Source: a virus (taxonomy: Duplodnaviria > Caudoviricetes). From it: a DNA stretch of 44,112 bases. Positions 37,401-44,112 of this stretch are shown here, one piece after another. The notes under the pieces are model-generated. The model was not told the DNA's origin, searched no databases, and worked only from the letters and a program-made list of their open reading frames with translations. The first letter of the stretch is position 1. Every line of letters starts with the position of its first letter. The position numbers were made by a program, and so were the translations under genes. Location: the IMG/VR virus record IMGVR_UViG_3300048599_000714, positions 1 to 44,112 of that record; one strand, written 5' to 3'.

Positions 37401-37801
37401 ATGATGTAGATCAGCAGCCCACCGTGCATCAGCTTGGGCGTGGTGAATTTGAGAAAGTCGTACTCCAGGCGTTTGCGACTGTCGAAGCGATCGGTTTCAT
37501 ACGGTGGGTTCAAAAATAAAACCGTCACCGCCTCGTCGTTGAGTTGGCAAACCTGCCAGGGTGCGTTGTATACCCGGTCCATCAACTGAACGGCTTTTGC
37601 GGCGCGCTCTGGGGAAAGTTCAGTGCCCCAGGTTTCACAGTGATAAGCATCGCCGATACTATTTGCAGCCATGCCTTCGCCTGCGCATGGATCAAGCAAC
37701 CGTCCGCGAGTATCGCCAGCGGCTGCATAAGTCCTGAGTGTATCAAGTACGATTTCCGGGGTTGGGTAATACCCCATCTTTTCGATTGCAGGGGGTCTCA
37801 T
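34481..37801 (-). CDS. DUF6094-like methyltransferase fused to SF2 helicase
   Basis: MGYYPTP, LLDPCAGEG, FLNPPY; EMGTGKT, DESH, TGT, QAVRRVWRLGQ. Confidence 0.88.
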   Translation of the reverse strand: MRPPAIEKMGYYPTPEIVLDTLRTYAAAGDTRGRLLDPCAGEGMAANSIGDAYHCETWGTELSPERAAKAVQLMDRVYNAPWQVCQLNDEAVTVLFLNPPYETDRFDSRKRLEYDFLKFTTPKLMHGGLLIYIIPQKVLGLVEVARLLTNYYECLTVGRFPDGEYETFKQVVVLGYRRKGYQAATDQEILAIQAMANEALPVLEPLAEPVYRLLPAPERGANGKPVLFKRSDWEPEEIVEATRANGVHCSKEWLDLLNPMRGKAELTRPVMPLKRGHIAMLMASGMMGTVRLTDEKGRPMLIKGRVVKVVEKVDEHDNGDGETVTEIYRDRFITTIAVLNKEGIQIIKDVKGLANFMRAHGDKIAAHVLETYRPLYNLDPTSAEVAVLNTLGKGRRALPGQSEPGLLPTQRHAAAAVARCIRKNGVANIQAEMGTGKTGIAASTIELLGAYPALILCPPHLVPKWIREIEEVIPGAQARELRRIGRSGDERADVNDVRSFLNDWQSGRLGKKAVAVMANTSAKIGSGWEPAVVKRKVRDPLTGQITTACVCPACRAPVYGDEGAYIIDPEELAGKRRFCRASVPGWQLGADGRLKRDEQGNTIWGARPCNTPLFRFGGARRWSLAEYIAKHAKGAFKLLCADESHEYKGKSSDRGIAFHQLITACRSTLTLTGTFFGGRSTSIFWLLHRLNAGVRRDFAFHDEKRWARLYGVLETQRRRRRNEEEDEDGVSTGNRRYRNQAKEQPGVSPAIVNRLLDTTVFLSLKDLGLALPEYKEEVSTLTMLDAQLQQYHQMDSSLRSMALQSNRYLSTWLQWSLARPNSAFRDETIIVDELNKKGEVVRHVPLMELPAINPNGHKWLPKEGWLANFCRAEKLQGRKVLVYVRQTGKRDIQDHLVLPLEENGLRVTVLGGNVDPRKREDWIAKRADRLDVLVCNPELVKTGLDLVQFSSVVFFEITYSLYTLWQAVRRVWRLGQVRPVRAIFSVYNGTMEARALSLMGAKMKAAQLLYGDEVGGAIVPEEDGDLLTELAREVLNGADLPDLQTLFADEMKVSNNPLGSMTTPSAAILPGEKIMTWSDWMVEKVVVGRRKSRREVVPEGQMGLGI

Positions 37802-37934
37802 GTTTGCGTCTCCTTATTAAAAAAACGGAGGAGACGCACGACTTCCCCATTGAGGGAAGCGAATCACGTCCCCTCCGGGGTAGTCGATTTTCCGCCACAG
37901 CTACTGCGTGGCGACTTAACCGTTGGTTATCCTT

Positions 37935-38987
37935 CTACAGTCTGATCGTTTCCTCCTTGAGTAGCGCGGTGATCAACCCTTTCCAATCCGCCGTCAGTTG
38001 CAAGCGAAAACCTTTCACACAGTCGCCAGCCGTCACCAGATCGTGGATGTAGCCCTGATTTTTCGCTGCTTTCCACAAAGCCACCGACCAGTCATCCAGG
38101 ATCGGGATTTCCAGCGCCTCCTTCATCCGTTCGTTAAACAGCCGCAACATTTCCTGATTCAGCTCCGAAGTGGTCCGAAAAACAAGCACATAAGCGAACG
38201 GATCCTCTGGATCCCACTTGCCAGGTAAAGCTTGACGGCCAATATAAGCAACATGGTGGCTGCTATATTCTGGCATGGCCTGCCACACATGTTCATAACG
38301 ATCCAGCGAAGATAGGAAAATATCCTGTTGGTCGTGGTTCAGGGTCAATTGCTTGGAGGTCAGGAGCGTCGCTCGGATGCTCTCCAGGCTGGTCTTATAC
38401 CCCACCGCGCCGGCGTACACTAACATGTGATCCTCGTCGTAAGCAAAACCGGTCAGGTGGACCAGCGCCTGGCCGTTGCGCAGCCTGGGCGCCGCTCCCT
38501 GGAAGAGCCGGTTCCGCGAGTCTGCTCCCTGTTCGTCCCAGGTGAGCTTCCAGACGATGACACCCGCGTTTGCGCGGGCCAGCTCGCTGTTGATCTCCTT
38601 GAGCAGGTTGTAGGCTGGCTCCCAGACGGGAACGCCGGTGAACATGATCTCCGTGTCGTTTACCCGGATGGTCGCCTGGCGGTTTGCCATCTTTACCACT
38701 GCTTCCGCCAGGGAAAGTGGGCGATAATTGGCCAGCGCCTTTGGCAGGTCTGCACCCGGTTTTTGGGTAAAGATGTACGCTCCAAGCTGGCTATCGTAGT
38801 CCAGGTAACCGCAGTCACCCACCGCGTAATCGTGAGGGTATTGGGCTGCCTTGATGGTTAGCAGGTCTTGCCTGGTGGGCAACCCAGTTCCGTCCTCATA
38901 TGCGGCAATGACAATCTTGCCTTGCTTCTGGCGCTCGATTATTGCACCCACCCGCTGTCGCAGGTGGGTGTCTTCGTAGGGTTTCAT
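37935..38987 (-). CDS. Conserved hypothetical protein (ICE-type, upstream of MTase-helicase)
   Basis: 350 aa, AAGGAGG RBS, C-terminal EIPILDDWSVALW. Confidence 0.7.
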   Translation of the reverse strand: MKPYEDTHLRQRVGAIIERQKQGKIVIAAYEDGTGLPTRQDLLTIKAAQYPHDYAVGDCGYLDYDSQLGAYIFTQKPGADLPKALANYRPLSLAEAVVKMANRQATIRVNDTEIMFTGVPVWEPAYNLLKEINSELARANAGVIVWKLTWDEQGADSRNRLFQGAAPRLRNGQALVHLTGFAYDEDHMLVYAGAVGYKTSLESIRATLLTSKQLTLNHDQQDIFLSSLDRYEHVWQAMPEYSSHHVAYIGRQALPGKWDPEDPFAYVLVFRTTSELNQEMLRLFNERMKEALEIPILDDWSVALWKAAKNQGYIHDLVTAGDCVKGFRLQLTADWKGLITALLKEETIRL

Positions 38988-39292
38988 ATGAGCCTCCTTT
39001 TGTATATCCTAGTTGTTAATTCCAACGATTGGGCTTACTAACCTAGGGGAAAAATAATCTGCATGCTTTTGCATAACAGAATTATCCAAGATATTAAAAG
39101 AAAATAGGTCTTTTACTTTTTTATAGAAAGTAAAACTCAGCAAAGGTTCTTTCTGATTTCCGATTCAATAATTACTTTATCCATGACAAAATATTATTGA
39201 AGTAGCGTAGAATTCTTTCTGTAAATTCTAGCACTTTAAAAAGTGTAGGTCAGGTTATCCTTAAGGTCGCCAAACCAACAAAGGAAAAAACC

Positions 39293-40453
39293 ATGACCTA
39301 CATTCATAATTCTACTCTGCCCCAGGAATTGCTGGAGCAGATCGCCGAACAAGGTTTTGACTATCTGCCAGAACTACTGCGGATCATGATTAATGCGGCC
39401 ATGCAAGTGGAACGCCAGAAGTATCTGGGCGTGGGGCCATATGAGCGAAGCCCAGAACGGAAGGATTACGCCAACGGTTACAAGCCCAAAACCGTTAAAA
39501 CACGGATAGGTGAAGTGACATTCGAAGTGCCGCAGGTGCGAGAAGGCGATTTCTACCCAGAAGCATTAGAAAAAGGGCTACGCAGTGAGCGAGCGCTGAC
39601 TTTGAACCTGGCCGAAATGTATGTGCAGGGTGTTTCTACTCGCAAAGTAGCGACAATCGTCGAGCAATTGTGTGGCAGTGGGGTTTCCTCCAGCCAAGTG
39701 AGTAAGGCCACGGCCCAATTGGATGAGACGCTCGCGCAATGGCGCAATAGTCCGCTTGGCGATGTGATCTATCTCTATCTGGATGCCCGCTACGAGAAGG
39801 TGCGGCAGGATGGTCAGGTATGGGATGCCGCTGTGCTGATCGCAGTGGGCGTGGGGCCAGATGGCAAGCGCAAAGTGCTAGGCCTTTCGATTTCACTGGG
39901 GGAACAGGAAGTCCTGGCAGGCCTTTATGGAAAGTCTGGTCAAACGTGGGCTACGTGGAGTGCAACTGATCATCAGTGATAACCATGCGGGGCTGAAAGC
40001 TGCACGGCAGGCTGTCTTCGGTGGGTTGCCCTGGCAGCGATGCCAGTTTCATTTGCAGCAGAACGCCCAAGCATATATTCCCAGGAAAGAAATGCAAGGA
40101 GAAGTAGCTGAAGCCATTCGGAACATTTTCAATGCCCCTGACCGCTCCACCGCCGAACGCTATCTAGCCGAAACGGTCAAAAAGTATAAAAAAACGGCCT
40201 CGCGATTAGCCAACTGGACGGAGCAGAACTTGGCGGAAGGTTTCACCGTTTTTCCTTTCCGTCTGCTCATCGCCGCCTGATCCATACGACGAACGGGGTG
40301 GAACGGCTCAATCGCGAAGTCAAACGGCGCACCTGTGTAGTGGGTATCTTCCCCAACGAAGCAGCTTGTCTGCGCCTGGTCAGTGCGGTACACATGGAAA
40401 TTAGTGACGAATGGGAGGCTGGGCGCGTTTATCTTTCTCTTTCTGAGTTGTAG
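39293..40453 (+). pseudogene. IS256-family transposase, frameshifted
   Basis: NGYKPK, EMYVQGVSTRKV, LDARYEKVR, SDNHAGL, WQRCQFH, ERLNREVKRR across several frames. Confidence 0.9.
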
Positions 40454-40507
40454 CAGCCTTTTAGGTTTGTATAATAAACAAAATCCCTTTTTGGACAAGA
40501 GGTTACA

Positions 40508-40912
40508 ATGTCAGACAGCTCATCTCCTAGACCATATGAAGAATGGCGCACCGATTTACATGGTCGCGCTGAGGATGCGGCTTACACGTTCGGTTACCAC
40601 CTTATTGTTCACTGTCGTGATGAAGTCCTAAATAGCTTACCAGCGGGTGTTTCATCGGAAACAAAAGCAGTTGTCGAAGAAGCAATTGATACTGCTTTAC
40701 ATAATGTCACGGATATGCTGGAAGGGTTTTGGAAATTAGATGCGGGGGCAAAGCATACGATTGATTTAGTTCTTAATATCCGTGTTCGCAATAGTGACAA
40801 TAATGTCGTTGAGAGTATTGAGATTTCACCGAACCTGCTTGATCTTCCAGTTGGCTACTGGAAGTGGGCTAAGGATCGTAAATTTAGAGCAAAAGAGCCA
40901 CGAATTTATTGA
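40508..40912 (+). CDS. Hypothetical passenger protein inside IS256
   Basis: Intact 134 aa ORF with GAGGT RBS between transposase end and right TIR. Confidence 0.7.
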   Translation: MSDSSSPRPYEEWRTDLHGRAEDAAYTFGYHLIVHCRDEVLNSLPAGVSSETKAVVEEAIDTALHNVTDMLEGFWKLDAGAKHTIDLVLNIRVRNSDNNVVESIEISPNLLDLPVGYWKWAKDRKFRAKEPRIY

Positions 40913-41201
40913 TGACTTTTTTCGTCAACATATCGTCAGCTATTTTTCTACTTGAACCTTAAGAAACCTTGGGGATAATCTGAAACAATTTACAGGAAAA
41001 CCCTTGCGCTATCATTATTGATTTTCAAGAACTGAATAATTTACATTTCGATGATTATGACGAAGTACTTTTAATGTAATTAAAAATTTCATTATATTAT
41101 TTCTGATTGTGTAAACCAACCTTAACCTATGGGACGAACGTATCAAAATATTGAAAAGAGGGAAAAATGCCGGTATCCCTATAGCAAGAAGATAGGAACA
41201 G

Positions 41202-42325
41202 CATGGAAAACGAAGCGAGAATTTTGGGGATTTACCCGACCCGCGGATCGAGCGGACGAAGTTGCATAAACTGCTAGAGATCGTGCTAATCACAATCTAC
41301 GCAGTGATCTGTGAGGCCAATATTGGGTAGAAATGGCTATGTTTAGTGAAACCAAGGCACGATGGTTTTGAACGTTACTAAAGCTCAAAAATGGCATTGC
41401 CTCCCCATGACACTTTCAATCGGTTGTTTGCCCGGCTGGACCCGAAGTCTTCCGGGAATGGTTTTTGGGACGGTTTCAAACGGTGACTCAGATCACCTAA
41501 GGTCAGGTGATTGTCATATACCGCAAAAAGCTGCGCGGTTCAGCGGAACAAACCTTGAGGCGCGGAGCGACTGACATGGTCAGCACCTGGGCAACCGCGA
41601 ACCACTTGATCTTGGGCCAGGAGAAGGTGAATGACAAATCCAATGAGATTAAGCCCAAACCGGAACTGCTCCAAGTGCTAGAACTAGCGAGTTGTTTGGT
41701 GTCCATTGATGTCATCGGCTGCCAGAAAGAAATTGCGCAGGCGATTTTCGATCAGGGAGCAGATTACATCCTGGATGTGAAAGAAAACCAGGGCATTTTA
41801 TGCGGATATTGCCGATTCCTTTGCCGATGTTGAGGAAGTGGCTTTTCGGGAAGGCCACCATCATTATGATAAAACTGCGAATGGATATCACGGTCGGGTG
41901 AAAATCCGCGAATGTTGGGCCATTTCCGATCCCACATACCTGCACTACTTGCGCGGCTACGCTGATTGAGCCAATCTCCATTCGATCCTCATGATCCGCA
42001 ACCTTTGCAAGGTGAATGGCAAAGTTGAACAAACGACACATTACTATATTGCCAGCCCGGTATGGAAAGTGGGGCGTTTCTTGGCGTGCAAACGCAGTCA
42101 CTAAGGCAACGAAATAGCTTGCATTGGGTTTTGGACGTGGCCTTTCAGGAAGATCATTAGCATGGTTCCGAAAACTTTGCTGTCCTGCGTCATATTGCCC
42201 TCTATTGGCTCAAACAAGAGTATTCGGTCAAAGCCGGGGGCAAGGCTATCGTCTCAGAGCTGGGTGGAATAACGACTTAACGACTACCTCCTCAAAGACT
42301 AGACCCAATAAAATGTGTTCGCCCT
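41202..42325 (+). pseudogene. ISAs1-family transposase remnant
   Basis: DLPDPRIERTKLHKLLEI, NDKSNEI, VSIDVIGCQKEIA, ADYILDVKENQ, LHWVLDVAFQED in broken frames with stops. Confidence 0.85.
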
Positions 42326-42421
42326 TAACCTAAACCTAGAAATTTTCGAAAATTTCTTAATCTTAATCGATAAATATATCTGGATTTTAATCAGAAAAGA
42401 ATACATTGATGTAGTAATTAA

Positions 42422-42489
42422 TTCGATTTTAGACAAACTTCAGTAACCTGACTGTGCGGTCAGGTTACTGAAGTTTGTCTAAAATCGAA
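42422..42489. repeat. Perfect 31-bp-arm palindrome, 6-nt spacer
   Basis: TTCGATTTTAGACAAACTTCAGTAACCTGAC-TGTGCG-GTCAGGTTACTGAAGTTTGTCTAAAATCGAA. Confidence 0.95.
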
Positions 42490-42691
42490 ATTTAAATGAA
42501 ATTTTTAAAAATCCAAATATTTGAGAGTAAAGAATAATTTTACGCGTAAAAATTAAAGTTTTAGTAACAAGACACTATAATCCGACTTTTTGTGAGAGTC
42601 AGACGAACAAATAATGGGACAACTTGGAATACGAATGAGTTTCACGAAAAGAAAAATATTTTTATTTATTAAAGATATTACCTAATCCTAT

Positions 42692-43180
42692 TCAATTGGT
42701 TTTCTTAGTGAGAATTTTTATAATTTGTTCCAATGCCCATATTGATCTAGCCAACCTTGCACATGTTACCATTGTGAGGAAGACCATGATATAGAAAATA
42801 AAATAATTATGGCAGGACTCTTTGTCAAAAAATAAACCAATTATGCTTAATACAGTAGTGATTGCTAAAAACTTTATCGTGGAAGTAAAAATATCCCATA
42901 GTTGCTGGTAAGAAGCACTTTCTCTTACCAATTTCATTCTATCGTCAGTTGTATAGCCAATAACAATTGATAAGGCAGTTATATTAAAACCTAAAAGGGA
43001 GCCAAACATAGTTGCCATTGTGCTGTATAAGCTATTGCGGCTATTTCCTAAATAAGTTTCGACAATTACATTACCATTACATTTAAAACCCCAAATTGAT
43101 ATAAGAGCTGAGATTAGTAAACAAATCACAAACTCAATACTTAAAAAATTGGAATTATAAAAAGCATGGACCCTTTTCAT
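42692..43180 (-). CDS. Four-TM membrane protein (RexB-like candidate)
   Basis: Four hydrophobic segments; SLLGFNITALSI; ATGA-coupled to the upstream gene. Confidence 0.7.
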   Translation of the reverse strand: MKRVHAFYNSNFLSIEFVICLLISALISIWGFKCNGNVIVETYLGNSRNSLYSTMATMFGSLLGFNITALSIVIGYTTDDRMKLVRESASYQQLWDIFTSTIKFLAITTVLSIIGLFFDKESCHNYFIFYIMVFLTMVTCARLARSIWALEQIIKILTKKTN

Positions 43181-44112
43181 TGGTAAATTTCAGAAGCTAC
43201 TTCAAGTTCCTCTCGTAACTCCTCATAAGCTGATTGAATGCCTAAATAAGCTGAATCCTTATCGAGGGCTCGGGATCGATTATCCAGTTGAAGTATTTTC
43301 CTCTTTGAAATTAACTTATCACTAAGAAGATCAATATCAACAATTTTCCGAGTTTCACGATCTAGTCCCTTTATTACAAAAGCCCGCGCTTCCTGGCGTA
43401 AATCAGGCATTCGCAGTAATTTTCTTATAACGTCAAAAATTTCTGAAGATAACCACCCTCTAGAATGACTAGCGGGCTTAAGAATTATTTCTACTTCTTC
43501 AGCTTGGCCTACAGACGCTGCTGATCGAAATGTGTCCGCTAGACTTTGATTTGCACTACGCAATGCTTCTGCGTACGATTCTCGAATGCGGAGTTTAAAC
43601 ATTCTTATTTTCCCTAATCGATTAAATTCATCCAAAACATTTTGCCGCAATAAAGGTCTAAACATTAATGATTGATGGCATAAATTTGGTGCTTTTGTAG
43701 AAAAATATTCAGCTAATCGACTAAGACGGGGACCATAAAAATTAAAGTCACATCCCACAATATTATTTGGGAAAAATGCTACATGTATTTGGTCGGCAAG
43801 CCCTGAATCAGATGGAATAGAAAGGGGGAGAAGCTTTCCATGATGCTCCAGTTGTGGAAAATCCGACTTTCGAACAAAAGCAAAGCGCAACTTTTGTGGG
43901 ACATCAGTCGAATCTACCCAACAACACGTAGTTTTTCCATCCCACGACTCTGAATACTTCCCTGCCTGATCCCATGGAAATGAATCTATTAATTGAAGAA
44001 TTTGGAGAGGATCAAATCGAAGCAATTGGCCCGAACTATTAACGCCTATATCTGCTTTATAAAAATATATTTTTCTTTCAACAGATTGAACATTTACATG
44101 ATTGGAAATCAT
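43177..44112 (-). CDS. Soluble DUF6731/DUF4747-like protein (RexA-like candidate)
   Basis: RKIYFY N-terminus, DFNFYGPRLSRLAEYF, IDLLSDKL; family recalled from motifs only. Confidence 0.55.
   Translation of the reverse strand: MISNHVNVQSVERKIYFYKADIGVNSSGQLLRFDPLQILQLIDSFPWDQAGKYSESWDGKTTCCWVDSTDVPQKLRFAFVRKSDFPQLEHHGKLLPLSIPSDSGLADQIHVAFFPNNIVGCDFNFYGPRLSRLAEYFSTKAPNLCHQSLMFRPLLRQNVLDEFNRLGKIRMFKLRIRESYAEALRSANQSLADTFRSAASVGQAEEVEIILKPASHSRGWLSSEIFDVIRKLLRMPDLRQEARAFVIKGLDRETRKIVDIDLLSDKLISKRKILQLDNRSRALDKDSAYLGIQSAYEELREELEVASEIYQ

Larger units (their letters stand above)
39201..41013 (+). mobile_element. IS256-family element with passenger gene
   Basis: Imperfect TIRs (TAGCG-N11-CTGTAAATT at both ends); 8-bp direct repeat ATTATTGA at 39193-39200 and 41014-41021. 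Confidence 0.85.
17648..44112. mobile_element. tRNA-Arg-associated integrative island (ICE-like, defence cargo); right end not seen
   Basis: Integrase converging on tRNA 3' end, Xis, regulators, RM/defence cargo, ICE-type MTase-helicase, IS remnants. Confidence 0.7.

Noticed and set aside
22598-38861. Many short overlapping or antisense ORFs (e.g. 29655-30836, 26015-26827, 35117-35764)
   Set aside because: Shadow ORFs of long GC-rich genes that carry clear motifs on the other strand or frame.
41015-41293. 92-aa minus-strand ORF as the gene interrupted by IS256
   Set aside because: Its 5' part is antisense to the ISAs1 remnant, and rejoining the flanks at the TSD gave no convincing long frame.
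42422-42489. Integron attC site
   Set aside because: Perfect arms with no extrahelical bases, not directly after a cassette ORF, and no IntI in the window.
17648-44112. Direct-repeat attR of the island
   Set aside because: No direct copy of the tRNA 3' end was found by eye; it is probably beyond the window.

Overview
The window has two compositionally distinct mobile blocks joined at a tRNA-Arg(TCG) gene (17571-17647). Left (1 to about 17,500, visibly AT-rich, all genes on the minus strand) is a compact siphovirus-like prophage. Its order is PD-(D/E)XK nuclease, replication initiator with iterons, scaffold, decoration protein, major capsid, head-tail joining genes, tail tube (split), tail chaperones with a -1 slippery site, tape measure, tail and fibre genes, and a holin-like gene. 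TerS-TerL-portal-minor head come only after the tail module, an unusual permutation. No phage integrase, repressor or endolysin is visible in the window. Right (about 17,650-44,112) is a GC-richer island at the tRNA 3' end. It carries a tyrosine integrase, Xis and XRE/LuxR regulators, then a co-oriented defence block (SNF2 helicase, DUF4391-like, type III Mod, Res, TcmP, DUF5131, CoiA-like nuclease, unknown ORF). Next come an ICE-type methyltransferase-helicase fusion, a decayed IS256 with a passenger gene and intact 8-bp target duplication, a decayed ISAs1, a perfect 31-bp-arm palindrome, and a soluble + 4-TM gene pair resembling RexAB-like exclusion systems. The most unusual signal is an inverted copy of the tRNA 3' half 111 bp from its counterpart, bracketing the tRNA promoter and 5' half. 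All family assignments come from motifs and synteny read by eye, not database searches.
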